DNA from: Candidatus Cloacimonadales bacterium
GTDB taxonomy: Bacteria > Cloacimonadota > Cloacimonadia > Cloacimonadales > JAIOQZ01
NCBI GenBank assembly: GCA_963674825.1
Contig: OY771587.1
Span: 160,001-224,000 of the forward strand
Direction of reading: 5' to 3'
Length of the DNA stretch: 64,000 nucleotides
Shown: one piece after another, positions 9,275 to 19,753 of the stretch
Layout of the letters: the number at the start of each line of letters is the position of its first letter
Position numbering within the stretch: the first letter of the stretch is position 1
The notes under the pieces: model-generated
The model's database searches: none
What the model saw: the letters and a program-made list of their open reading frames with translations, nothing else
What the model was told of the DNA's origin: nothing
Position numbers and translations under genes: made by a program

Positions 9275-10564
9275 ATGACACAAATAGAAAACGCACGAAA
9301 GGGCATCGTAACAGACGAGATGCGGCACATCGCATCCGAGGAACACCTCGATCCCGAATTCATCAGACAAGGTGTCGCCAACGGCACCATCGTTATCCCG
9401 AAAAACATCAACCACAAATTCCCTGCGCGTGGCGTAGGAAAAGGGCTTAAGACCAAGACCAATGCCAACATCGGCACTTCCGCGGATCACTGTAACCTCC
9501 GCGAAGAGATCGACAAGATACACATCGCCATCAAGCACGGCGTGGACAGTATCATGGATCTCTCGACCGCTGGGAAACTCGATTTCGCGCTCGAATCGAT
9601 GCTCGCTGCGTCCAGCGTGATGGTCGGCACAGTGCCAATCTACTCCGTCGTGGCCAAGCTGGCGCAAGACGGAAAAGACATCCTCGCTATGACCAGCGAC
9701 ATGCTCTTCGAGGAGATCGAAATGCAGGCAAAGATGGGGGTCGATTTCTTCACTGTCCACTGCGGCATTACCCGTCGCTCAATCTCGTTCTTCGATAACG
9801 ACCCGCGCATATTGGGCGTGGTGAGTCGAGGCGGTTCTCTGCTCAAGCGTTGGATGGTTTACCACGACCGTGAGAACCCGTTGTTCGAGGAATTCGACAG
9901 GCTGCTTGATATCTGCCGTAAATACGATGTTACGCTCAGTCTCGGCGACGGCTTCAGGCCCGGCGCACAGGCAGACGCGACCGATCGCGGTCAGATAGCC
10001 GAACTGCTCGTTCTGGGCGAGCTTGTCGATCGTGCCCGTGAAGGCGGCGTACAGGCGATGGTGGAAGGTCCTGGACACGTTCCGCTCAACGAAATCGTCA
10101 GCAACGTGCAGATCCAGAAGAAGATATGCAACGACGCGCCCTTCTACGTACTCGGACCACTGGCGACCGATATCGCCTCCGGGTACGACCACATCACCAG
10201 CGCCATCGGCGGAGCAATCGCAGCATCAGCCGGTGCGGATTTCCTCTGCTACGTCACACCGTCCGAACATCTCTGCCTCCCCACCGAGGACGATGTTCGC
10301 AAGGGTGTTATTGCAGCCCGTCTGGCAGGCCATTGCGCGGATATCGCCAAAGGTGTCAAAGGTGCGATCGAAAAGGATCACATCGTCTCAAAAGCCCGAC
10401 GTGAATTCGACTGGGAAACCATCTATAAATATTCGCTTGATCCCGAACTGGCACGCGACCGTAAGGAAAATTCCGAGAGTGGCGGAGAAGACCACTGCTC
10501 CATGTGCGGCGAGCTTTGCGCCGTTAAAACGGATCGTAAATCACAGGAAGAATCCAAGAAATGA
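9275..10564 (+). CDS. thiC: Phosphomethylpyrimidine synthase
   Basis: NANIGTS, MDLS, SRGGS, EGPGHVP, YVTPSEHL, C-terminal CSMCGELC; thi operon context. Confidence 0.93.
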   Translation: MTQIENARKGIVTDEMRHIASEEHLDPEFIRQGVANGTIVIPKNINHKFPARGVGKGLKTKTNANIGTSADHCNLREEIDKIHIAIKHGVDSIMDLSTAGKLDFALESMLAASSVMVGTVPIYSVVAKLAQDGKDILAMTSDMLFEEIEMQAKMGVDFFTVHCGITRRSISFFDNDPRILGVVSRGGSLLKRWMVYHDRENPLFEEFDRLLDICRKYDVTLSLGDGFRPGAQADATDRGQIAELLVLGELVDRAREGGVQAMVEGPGHVPLNEIVSNVQIQKKICNDAPFYVLGPLATDIASGYDHITSAIGGAIAASAGADFLCYVTPSEHLCLPTEDDVRKGVIAARLAGHCADIAKGVKGAIEKDHIVSKARREFDWETIYKYSLDPELARDRKENSESGGEDHCSMCGELCAVKTDRKSQEESKK

Positions 10565-11298
10565 CTCCATACCTCCTGTCCATCGCAGCGAGCGATAGCT
10601 CGGGCGGAGCCGGTATCCAGCGCGACCTGCGTACCGCGATCGACTTCGATTGCTGGATGCTTAGTGCGGTAACCGGCGTAACGGTACAGGATTTCAAGGG
10701 ATTACATGGAATCGAACCCGTCTCGTCCGACATCATCCAGCGACAGATCGATAAATCGCTCCACAGCTTCGACGTCAAGGCTGTAAAGATCGGCGCAATC
10801 TGCTCCAGCGAGTCTTTCGCCGCTATTGCACGGTCACTTCGCAACGCGAAGAACATCGTTGTGGATCCTGTCATTGCGCCGACGGTCGGCAAGGCTTTCG
10901 TGGAAGACGCAGCGATCGAGCTGTATCAGCCACTGCTTGAGATCGCACGATTGATCACTCCGAATCGCAATGAATTGGAAACCATCTGTGGCAGAAAGAT
11001 CACCGATTACAGTCAAGCGACTGACGCAGCGACTGAGCTGAACAAGCGCTTCGGTTGTAGCGTTCTGATCAAAGGTGGCCACTTCGAAGGCGAAGACTTA
11101 CGTGACGTGCTGATCGATGAGGGACGGGAAATCCATATTGGCAAGAAACGACACAACTGGCACTATTCCCACGGAACAGGCTGCACGCTATCCACGGCGA
11201 TTGCAGCCTGTCTCGCGCGGGGCATGAATCTCCCTGATGCGGTCAAAGCGGCTTCGCTCTACCTGGAAAAGGAATACGAGCGATTGAATCGGAAGTGA
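10561..11298 (+). CDS. thiD: HMP/HMP-P kinase
   Basis: DSSGGAGIQRDL, VVDPV, TPN, KGGH, HGTGCTLS. Confidence 0.93.
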   Translation: MTPYLLSIAASDSSGGAGIQRDLRTAIDFDCWMLSAVTGVTVQDFKGLHGIEPVSSDIIQRQIDKSLHSFDVKAVKIGAICSSESFAAIARSLRNAKNIVVDPVIAPTVGKAFVEDAAIELYQPLLEIARLITPNRNELETICGRKITDYSQATDAATELNKRFGCSVLIKGGHFEGEDLRDVLIDEGREIHIGKKRHNWHYSHGTGCTLSTAIAACLARGMNLPDAVKAASLYLEKEYERLNRK

Positions 11299-11322
11299 GT
11301 TCTTTATTACTAAAGGCGCAGG

Positions 11323-12204
11323 CTACCAGCAGCTCTTGAGAAAGGTATCGACGTGCTCCACAAAGCGCGGGAAATCGCTGTAAACAGGGCCTGTTTCGCC
11401 TCCGTGCGTCGCACCGGGGACGACCCACAACTCCTTCTCTCCAGTCAGCAAACCAAAGATCTTCTCGCTCATCCAGACCGGTGTAACTTCGTCGTTCTCT
11501 CCGACAATCAGCATCACGGGACGCTTGAATTCCGGGGCGATATTAACAGGAAGGAGCTCATCGGGATAGCCTTCCGGAGCCGTCAGATCGCGATCCGGCT
11601 TCTTGGCTCTGAGAATGGGCAGGACATCGTCGAAGCTTGTCAATAGCGCTCGCAGTACGCAAGCAGTTACTCGCTCGTCCCGCACCGCAGCAGCGAATGA
11701 CAGGTACGCGCCTGTAGAGCCGCCGTATACAGCAACTTTCTTCGGATCCACTTCCGGCTGCTCGAATACCGCATCCAGTACCGCCATGTAATCTTCGATG
11801 TACTCACTGTACGATAGGTGATCTCGGTCGGTGGACCAGTCATCGCTTTCACCGAATCCACGCCAGTCAAACAGCACGACATTATAGCCCATTGGGCAGA
11901 ACGGAACCACGAAGTTGATTTGATTCGCCATATTACCGGCATCGCCGTTGGCAATGACGATCGTGGGATTGGGCTCGATGTTTGCGATGTACCCTTTTCC
12001 AGCTATCTCCCATGTCTCAGGGGTTGGCATCTGCTGCGGAGGGAAGAACCAGCATGCGATATGCAAGCTGTCCGATGTCACGACGTCGAGTTCCTTATAG
12101 AATAGACGCAATCCTTTCGGGTGTCTTTCGTATTCGCGTGTTGGCAGCAGCGAGAAAAGGGTCGCGGCTGATGCTATAATGATGAGAACAAGAATTTTCC
12201 GCAT
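11323..12204 (-). CDS. Exported alpha/beta hydrolase
   Basis: Signal peptide MRKILVLIII, FDWRGFGES, GGSTG nucleophile elbow, GEND, H near C-terminus. Confidence 0.8.
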   Translation of the reverse strand: MRKILVLIIIASAATLFSLLPTREYERHPKGLRLFYKELDVVTSDSLHIACWFFPPQQMPTPETWEIAGKGYIANIEPNPTIVIANGDAGNMANQINFVVPFCPMGYNVVLFDWRGFGESDDWSTDRDHLSYSEYIEDYMAVLDAVFEQPEVDPKKVAVYGGSTGAYLSFAAAVRDERVTACVLRALLTSFDDVLPILRAKKPDRDLTAPEGYPDELLPVNIAPEFKRPVMLIVGENDEVTPVWMSEKIFGLLTGEKELWVVPGATHGGETGPVYSDFPRFVEHVDTFLKSCW

Positions 12205-12324
12205 AGTCCTTCCTTTCTGGAATTGGGCAAGTTTGGAATCATGAATTTTAATGTCAATTTCGAAATAATCCGCAGGAAAGTACAAGCCGAAGTGTCTTAA
12301 GTGCAAAAGGAACAGGAGGAGAAC

Positions 12325-12843
12325 ATGACACGAATCGTCATCCTGATAACGAGCCTGCTGGCACTATCCAGCCTAGCATTACTCGCACAACCCGCGGACT
12401 TCGAGAGGGGAAGAGGTTCTGGACAGATGTCTTTCAAAAACACAGAAACAATAGAGAAAGTCGGCCTTATCCAGGGTGTTGTCACCGAGACACCGGAACA
12501 ACCCGGCATGATGCGAAACGAATCGAATGATACACGGCGAGGCGGATCCGGTAGAGGACAATTCCAGCCGGAAGAGCATATGTTTGTTAAACTTTATTCC
12601 GGAGAGAGCGTCGATATCGGTACCGAATCCTATTGGAAGTCGAAAAAGCTGAATCTCGAAACAAACAAAGCCATCAAATTTCAGGTGATCCAGCGTGGAG
12701 AATCCGAGGATTACATGGCAGTCAACATGGAATATGAGAATGTCGAATACAAGCTTCTCGACGACAACGGACGCCCAGTCTGGATGAAAGCGATGTCCGG
12801 AATGGGTGGACGCGGAGACGGACCACCCTCGAGACGGAATTAA
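12325..12843 (+). CDS. Exported hypothetical protein (Gly/Arg-rich segments)
   Basis: RBS AGGAGG, signal peptide MTRIVILITSLLAL. Confidence 0.7.
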   Translation: MTRIVILITSLLALSSLALLAQPADFERGRGSGQMSFKNTETIEKVGLIQGVVTETPEQPGMMRNESNDTRRGGSGRGQFQPEEHMFVKLYSGESVDIGTESYWKSKKLNLETNKAIKFQVIQRGESEDYMAVNMEYENVEYKLLDDNGRPVWMKAMSGMGGRGDGPPSRRN

Positions 12844-12969
12844 TACGATCAACTGCGAAGTGTTGTCCTCATGGCGCTTCATGCGGGTAATCGTTGATCC
12901 AGGCAGTTCCTGGTGTGCGTCAAGTGCTTAGTAATATCGATGCCGGGGATTGCTCCATACATCTCATAT

Positions 12970-13003
12970 AACCTCCTTCGGACATGACCGGGGGAGGTTT
13001 TTT
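12970..13003 (+). terminator. Intrinsic terminator
   Basis: AACCTCCTTCGG...CCGGGGGAGGTT hairpin followed by T-run. Confidence 0.7.
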
Positions 13004-13053
13004 GTGTAGCAGTTGAGATGAGGTTCGAGTATCTTATTCTTGAGGTGAATCTT

Positions 13054-13503
13054 ATGAAAGACGTACTTTCCCTTATGATTCAATTGGAAGAGGACGTATC
13101 GGAGTTTTATGAGAAACTATCCCGCATCGAGAAGCTGGAAGCATATCATAAAATCTTTTCCTACATGAGCAAGCACTCACTCGAGCATAGTAGAGAAATA
13201 CGTGAGGTTGCTGATCATTTCACCGATGCTCCCCTCAATATGCATAAATACATGGCCTTACAGGACAAACTCAAACAGAATCTCCTGAAACAGATGAAAG
13301 ATATTCAGGATGTCGAGCGACTGGGCGAGATGTTGGGTGAATCGGAAGGAATCATGGGCTATGCATACGATCAGATCGCCGGTCACATGGAAGTGAGAGG
13401 AAATCAGATTCTGAACGCCGCCAAAATGATCCGAAAAATCGCCGCCGAAGAGAGGCAGCACAAGAAACAAGTGCTCGATATGGGCCACGCGTTCGTGAAA
13501 TGA
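13054..13503 (+). CDS. Ferritin-like (rubrerythrin-like) protein
   Basis: QLEEDVSEFYE...SLEH...IAAEERQH four-helix pattern; RBS GAGGTG. Confidence 0.6.
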   Translation: MKDVLSLMIQLEEDVSEFYEKLSRIEKLEAYHKIFSYMSKHSLEHSREIREVADHFTDAPLNMHKYMALQDKLKQNLLKQMKDIQDVERLGEMLGESEGIMGYAYDQIAGHMEVRGNQILNAAKMIRKIAAEERQHKKQVLDMGHAFVK

Positions 13504-13507
13504 TCCC

Positions 13508-14062
13508 CTATTGCATCGCGTACTCGACCATCACATAAACGGTTTCACCATCGCTGGTCATCGAAAGGCCAATTAACGTCTTGGGTGTTTCCCAATAACT
13601 CGAGACTGCCAGATCCTGATTATCAAGTGCTTCTGGCCAGTTCTCCGGTTTATGATATCGCTCCGTAGATGATGACACATCGTCAATATCCGGTTCGCCA
13701 TAACGTGTTATCAGCTGTTTTTTAATATCATTGAAAGCCTTGATGTAATTGCTGACATCGGGATTTTCCTCATAAACGAAAAACGATCCCTGGATAAGCT
13801 TGTCATCCTCGAAAAGGTAATAGATAGCTACCGTATGCCCGAACGCACTACCGATATAATATAAAGAACCCTCTTCGCTTTCCGCAAGGGCAGCTTCTTC
13901 GCTCAGGATCACCATTTCCTGCGTATCTCCCCAGTTCACCAGTCTGAAATCACAACCCGTTTCCTGTTCGAAGTTCCGGCCTATTGATACATCGTCCTCA
14001 GCTTGTGCACAGAGAGAGAGGGTAAATACAAGAAAGAATAGTGCAATAACACGTGTTTTCAT
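13508..14062 (-). CDS. Exported hypothetical protein
   Basis: Signal peptide; DFRLVNWGD...RYGEP pattern. Confidence 0.7.
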   Translation of the reverse strand: MKTRVIALFFLVFTLSLCAQAEDDVSIGRNFEQETGCDFRLVNWGDTQEMVILSEEAALAESEEGSLYYIGSAFGHTVAIYYLFEDDKLIQGSFFVYEENPDVSNYIKAFNDIKKQLITRYGEPDIDDVSSSTERYHKPENWPEALDNQDLAVSSYWETPKTLIGLSMTSDGETVYVMVEYAMQ

Positions 14063-14210
14063 GAATCCTCCATTTCAAATAAACCCGGTTCAGCACGAAA
14101 CTTGTATGGCGTTGGAATCGCTGTCAATATGTTTATCGTGTCGGCTTGTTCGAAAATTTCCTTGCAAGGAATTGCACATCCCGAGTAAGTTAGAGAAAAG
14201 GAGTACAATC

Positions 14211-14687
14211 ATGGGAATACCAGTAAAAGATACACAAGCGCCTGCGTTCGCGCTCAAAAATCAGGACGATAAAGAAGTGAAGATAGAGGATTTCCGTGGC
14301 AAGTGGGTGGTGCTCTACTTCTATCCGAAGGATAACACCTCCGGCTGCACACTGGAGGCAAAGGATTTCACCTGCATGGTAGGAGAATTCGAAAAACTCG
14401 ACGCCGTCATCCTCGGGGTTAGTCCCGATTCAATATCCAGCCACCAGAAATTCATCGCCAAGCAGGAGTTAAACCTCGACCTGCTCAGCGACCCGGACAA
14501 AGTCGTACTGGAAGCTTACGGAGCATGGCGCATGAAAAAGAACTATGGCCGTGAATATATGGGCGTCGTGCGCTCGACCTTCCTTATCGACCCGAAAGGA
14601 ATCATCCGTCAGGTCTGGGACAACGTCCGCGCCAAAGGCCACGCCGAGAAAGTACTGCAAACCCTGAAAGAGCTTCAAGCCTCATAA
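14211..14687 (+). CDS. bcp: Peroxiredoxin BCP/PrxQ
   Basis: YFYPKDNTSGCTLEA, GVSPD, RSTFLID; RBS AAGGAG. Confidence 0.93.
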   Translation: MGIPVKDTQAPAFALKNQDDKEVKIEDFRGKWVVLYFYPKDNTSGCTLEAKDFTCMVGEFEKLDAVILGVSPDSISSHQKFIAKQELNLDLLSDPDKVVLEAYGAWRMKKNYGREYMGVVRSTFLIDPKGIIRQVWDNVRAKGHAEKVLQTLKELQAS

Positions 14688-14695
14688 GGACAATC

Positions 14696-17600
14696 ATGGG
14701 AGGAATGATGAAAAGTGGATTTATACTGTTAATGATTCTATTCACGACCCTGCTGGCTGCGTATCCGTCCAACCAGCCCTACGCCTCGTACTGGCATCCG
14801 AATACGCTGCTGAACTGGACACCGGAAGGCGATCCCGACGCACCATATAACCGTTGTATCGTTCCGCTTCAGGATCGGACCATCGATCCCGATCACATCG
14901 TGAATCCCAACGCACGTCCCAACGAAGGCCGGGTAGCGAACCTCTACATCAGCGCCGGTACCAGCAACAATCCATCGCAGGGCTGGACACAGATCGAAGG
15001 ACCCGCTTTTCATTTCTGGCAGTACATCGATCTGTTCGTCTTCTGGGGTGGTTCAGCCGGTGAAGGGCTCATTCTCGCTCCCACCACGGATATTATTGCC
15101 GCAGCGCACCGTAATGGCGTTCCCATCCTCGGAACCATCTTCTTCCCACCCACCGCTTATGGTGGACAAATCCAGTGGGTGAACGACCTCCTCCAAACCG
15201 ACGGCGGAACCTTCTCCGTTGCGGACAAGCTTATCGAAGTCTGTGAATATTACGGCTTCGACGGATGGTTTATCAACCAGGAAACCGCCGGTGGAAACGC
15301 TTCTACAGCCACATCCATGCGCGATTTCATGATCTATTTTCAGCAGAATTCCGATCTCGAACTGATGTGGTATGACGCCATGACCGAGTCGGGATCCGTA
15401 TCATGGCAGGAACAGCTCAACGGCAATAACGACATGTTCTTCCAGTACGACGGGCAGCTTGTTTCAGAGACAATGTTCCTCGATTTCGGCTGGAACGCCA
15501 ACGACCTCATCACATCGCAGAATAACGCAGACGCTCTCGGAAGAAGCGTTTATGACCTCTACGCCGGTGTCGATGTGCAGGCAAACGGATACAACACATC
15601 CCTCGGATGGGCGAACCTCTTTCCCGACGACGAACCGCACCGGGCCTCGCTCGGATTTTACTGCCCGAGTTGGTGCTATGAGAGCTCTTCCAACGTGCAA
15701 GATTATTTCGAGCGCGCAAACCGCTTCTGGGTCGGCGCAAACCGCAATCCCGCCAATACCGAGACGACATCCAACTGGAAAGGCGTCGCGAACTATATCC
15801 CCGCCTCCACAGCCATTACCGAGCTTCCGTTCGTAACCAATTTCAACACCGGAATGGGCGATGGTTGGGCATTAGACGGTGAAGACGTCTCCAATAGAGA
15901 ATGGTACAACCGCAGTCTGCAAGATATCCTCCCCACCTGGCAATGGATTGTCGAAGGTAACGGAGAGACACTTTACCCGCAATTCATCTTCACCGATGGA
16001 TATCAGGGGAGCAATTGCCTCTGGATCTCGGGTACTTCCAGCATCGAAAACCGCCTGCGCCTGTATCGCACGGCTCTGCCAATTCAATCAGACACACACA
16101 TCGATATCACCTGGCGATATCCAGCAATGGGCGAAACCAGCATGAGCATCGGCCTAACCTTCGCAGATCAGATGGATTCACCTATCGATCTACCCATCGG
16201 TTCCGCACCGAATAACGACTGGCAGACGACTGGCTTCGATCTCGGAAGCTACGCCGGTCGAACCCTGGCGGAGATATCATTCTGCTTCGGTGACGTGAAT
16301 ACCTACCACATGTATATCGGCCAGATTCGCATCTATAACGGCGAGATCTCGCAACCCGCCGCACCCACCAATGTCGTGATCGACAGCAAGGCGGAAGACG
16401 AGCTCGATGAAGCCTCCATCCGGGTGAGTTGGGTCGGTTCGACCGACGATGTTCAAACCTATCACGTATATCGCATCAAGCCGGACGGCAACCGCCAATT
16501 CCTTTGGGGCTGCTGCTCGGATGCCTGCTTCCTGCCCGAGATCAATCGCCTTGGCGACGAGCTTCACACCACGCTGGAAGTCTATGCCATCGGAAAAGAC
16601 GGAGGCCGTTCCGAACCAGCGACCGTGCAATTCGACTGGAACGCCGGGCTCCCACCGGAGCAAGCTTCCACCCCCAATCCCGCTAATGGCGACACGACCG
16701 CGTTCACCAATTGCCTGCTGCTGTGGGGCCCATCACCGAACGCAGATTCATACGATGTCTATTTCGGTACTTCCGAAGAGATGGTGCAGGTAGTAAACAC
16801 CGCAAACGCTTACTACGAGCCGCAAAACGAACTCGATCCGAACACACAGTACTACTGGCGCGTCGATCCGGTGAACGAACAAGCCACGACACTCGGCGAG
16901 ACCTGGACTTTCACCACTACCGAGGGCAACCTGGGCATCTTCACCAACCATGCCGACATCGGTGATGTTTCCACGCCGGGAAGCGTATCCTATCTTGATG
17001 GAGTCTATACGGTTACGGCGTCAGGCAGCGACATCTGGAATTCGTCCGACGAGTTCCACTACGTTTTCAAGAAATTCAGGGGCGACACGCAGTTCAACAT
17101 CCGCTGCACCTCGGTAGAGAGCGAAGACGACTGGACTAAAGCCGGCATCATGATGCGCACCGACTGGAGCGATCCCGGTTCGGCGTTCGCCATCGCGATG
17201 CAGATCACTGACAACCACGTGACCCTGCAATACCGCACCGAGGACGGAGAAAGCGCGTCCTGGATCGGCTACACGACGGGCGGAACCAGCGGCCCGAAAT
17301 GGCTGTACTTGCGCCGTATCGGCAATAATATCCGAGCTTACTACTCGGAGGGTGAAGATCCCGTACCGTTCGATGAGCTGATCCTGATGGGTGATATCGA
17401 CATCCCCGGGATGGACTATGAGGCATACGCCGGTATCGCGCTTAACGCACACGACGACTCCATCGTCGCGGAAGCGGTGTTCGACAATGTAACCATCGCC
17501 GAGGATATCGCCAACGACCCCGATGCACCGGTGTACGAAGATCAACTGCTGCAAAACTACCCGAATCCGTTCAACCCCGAAACATCGATCGAATTCGAGC

Positions 17601-17815
17601 TCAAGCAGGAATCTCGCGTGAAGCTGCACATCTACAACGTCCGCGGCCAACGCGTGAGAACGATCGTCGATGACAGGCTGGAAGCCGGACGCCACACCCT
17701 TCTCTGGCGTGGCGACGATGAAGTGGGCAGCGATGTGGCAAGCGGTGTTTACCTCTATCGACTCTCGATCGATGGGCGCACACTGCCGATCCGGAAGTGC
17801 TTGTTGATTAAATAA
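14696..17815 (+). CDS. Secreted GH85 endo-beta-N-acetylglucosaminidase with accessory domains and FlgD-Ig/T9SS-like tail
   Basis: FWQYIDLFVFWGGSAGEG, AAHRNGVPILGT, YGFDGWFINQE, WYDAM; C-terminal QNYPNPFNP...LLIK. Start may be 14705 or 14708. Confidence 0.88.
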   Translation: MGGMMKSGFILLMILFTTLLAAYPSNQPYASYWHPNTLLNWTPEGDPDAPYNRCIVPLQDRTIDPDHIVNPNARPNEGRVANLYISAGTSNNPSQGWTQIEGPAFHFWQYIDLFVFWGGSAGEGLILAPTTDIIAAAHRNGVPILGTIFFPPTAYGGQIQWVNDLLQTDGGTFSVADKLIEVCEYYGFDGWFINQETAGGNASTATSMRDFMIYFQQNSDLELMWYDAMTESGSVSWQEQLNGNNDMFFQYDGQLVSETMFLDFGWNANDLITSQNNADALGRSVYDLYAGVDVQANGYNTSLGWANLFPDDEPHRASLGFYCPSWCYESSSNVQDYFERANRFWVGANRNPANTETTSNWKGVANYIPASTAITELPFVTNFNTGMGDGWALDGEDVSNREWYNRSLQDILPTWQWIVEGNGETLYPQFIFTDGYQGSNCLWISGTSSIENRLRLYRTALPIQSDTHIDITWRYPAMGETSMSIGLTFADQMDSPIDLPIGSAPNNDWQTTGFDLGSYAGRTLAEISFCFGDVNTYHMYIGQIRIYNGEISQPAAPTNVVIDSKAEDELDEASIRVSWVGSTDDVQTYHVYRIKPDGNRQFLWGCCSDACFLPEINRLGDELHTTLEVYAIGKDGGRSEPATVQFDWNAGLPPEQASTPNPANGDTTAFTNCLLLWGPSPNADSYDVYFGTSEEMVQVVNTANAYYEPQNELDPNTQYYWRVDPVNEQATTLGETWTFTTTEGNLGIFTNHADIGDVSTPGSVSYLDGVYTVTASGSDIWNSSDEFHYVFKKFRGDTQFNIRCTSVESEDDWTKAGIMMRTDWSDPGSAFAIAMQITDNHVTLQYRTEDGESASWIGYTTGGTSGPKWLYLRRIGNNIRAYYSEGEDPVPFDELILMGDIDIPGMDYEAYAGIALNAHDDSIVAEAVFDNVTIAEDIANDPDAPVYEDQLLQNYPNPFNPETSIEFELKQESRVKLHIYNVRGQRVRTIVDDRLEAGRHTLLWRGDDEVGSDVASGVYLYRLSIDGRTLPIRKCLLIK

Positions 17816-17941
17816 AACCTCACCTTATCCCTCCAATATCATGGTTAAGGGGACGGCATATTGCGGGATTAACCCACTTAATCCTTGACACGAGGTTGCA
17901 ATCTCAATTGTTTGAATTAGCTTATTTTCGGATCTTTGAAA

Positions 17942-18296
<355 letters not shown>

Positions 18297-18502
18297 TCAA
18301 AGGATTCTCGTAAATGTCGGAATGAATGCTAATACCCTGCAATCAACGAACACTGGACTGTGCATGCAGCCTGACGAATCTGTTATAGTGATGATCCTAA
18401 AATTATACCCAACATCCATTCGAATGATTACCATCAAGTACGATTCGATATAATGATAAACCAAATCAGAACCGTTAGGATTTTTTCAATCTTAGGAGAA
18501 TT

Positions 18503-19750
18503 ATGAAACCTGCTACATTTATCTTGATCGGAGCTGGCGACCGTGGAAACACCTATGCCACTTATGCTGAGCATTTTCCAGAAAAAATGAAAATAGTCGG
18601 GGTGGCTGAACCACGCGAAGAACACCGTGAAGCCATGATGAGAAAGCACAACATCCCTGTTGAAAATGTATTCACCGATTGGCGACAAGTAGCAATGAAA
18701 CCGCGCTTCGCCGATGCCGTCATTATCGCCACGCAAGATAAAATGCACACCGAACCAGCCATCAAGTTCGCAGAACTCGGTTATCATATGATGCTTGAGA
18801 AACCCATGGCCCCTACGCCAATTGAGTGTGAGCAGATTGTTGAAGCGGTTGAAAGGAACAAGATCATTTTTGCTGTATGCCATGTTCTGCGATATACAAG
18901 CTACACAAAGAATCTGAAGCAACTCCTCGATGCTGGCAGAGTAGGCGATATTGTGAGTGTCCAGCGCTTGGAGCCAGTGGGTTACTGGCATCAGGCGCAT
19001 TCGTATGTACGTGGAAACTGGCGAAACGAAGCCGAATCCAATTTCATGTTGCTGGCAAAATCGTGCCATGATCTGGATTGGATCCGCTACATCGTCGGTC
19101 AGCCTTTTACGAAGCTATCCTCCTTTGGTAATCTGAAGCACTTTCGCAAGGAGAATCAACCGGCGTGGGCTGCTTCCCGATGCCTGAGCTGTCCTGAAGA
19201 GGTTGAGCAAAACTGTCCATATTCGGCAGTAAAGATTTATCTGGGATTTCTGGAAAAAGGCGTGACAGGCTGGCCGGTTTCCGTCCTAACGCCAAACCCA
19301 AGCCGGGAAAAGATTTTGCATGAACTGGCTAATGGCCCATATGGCAGATGCGTGTATGATTGCGACAACGACGTCGTCGATCACCAGGTTGTGAACATGG
19401 AATTCGAAAACGGATGCACTGCCGGTTTCACGATGACGGCCTTCACAAAATCCGGCGGAAGACGCACGCGCATCTTCGGAACGCGCGGTGAGATCGAAGG
19501 CGACGGCAGGTTCATCAAGATCCACGATTTCATGACCAACGAAGACGAGACCATCGACACGCAGATCGCCGGCGGGATCATGAAACAGCATGGTGGCGGC
19601 GATTTCGGATTGATGGAAAATTTCGTGAATGCCCTGCTCGCAGGCGATCCGTCTCTCGTCATCACCGGAGCACGCGAAAGCCTCGAAACCCATCTGGCAG
19701 TCTTTGCAGCCGAAAAAGCGAGAAGAGAAAACCGCATTGTGGAGATGTAG
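18503..19750 (+). CDS. Gfo/Idh/MocA family oxidoreductase
   Basis: IGAGDRG, LEKPMA, HSYVRGNW, KSCHDLD, HGGGD. Confidence 0.9.
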   Translation: MKPATFILIGAGDRGNTYATYAEHFPEKMKIVGVAEPREEHREAMMRKHNIPVENVFTDWRQVAMKPRFADAVIIATQDKMHTEPAIKFAELGYHMMLEKPMAPTPIECEQIVEAVERNKIIFAVCHVLRYTSYTKNLKQLLDAGRVGDIVSVQRLEPVGYWHQAHSYVRGNWRNEAESNFMLLAKSCHDLDWIRYIVGQPFTKLSSFGNLKHFRKENQPAWAASRCLSCPEEVEQNCPYSAVKIYLGFLEKGVTGWPVSVLTPNPSREKILHELANGPYGRCVYDCDNDVVDHQVVNMEFENGCTAGFTMTAFTKSGGRRTRIFGTRGEIEGDGRFIKIHDFMTNEDETIDTQIAGGIMKQHGGGDFGLMENFVNALLAGDPSLVITGARESLETHLAVFAAEKARRENRIVEM

Positions 19751-19753
19751 TTC

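Noticed and set aside
9275..10564. BzaA/B/F instead of ThiC
   Set aside because: TPP riboswitch and thi4/thiE/thiD context support ThiC.
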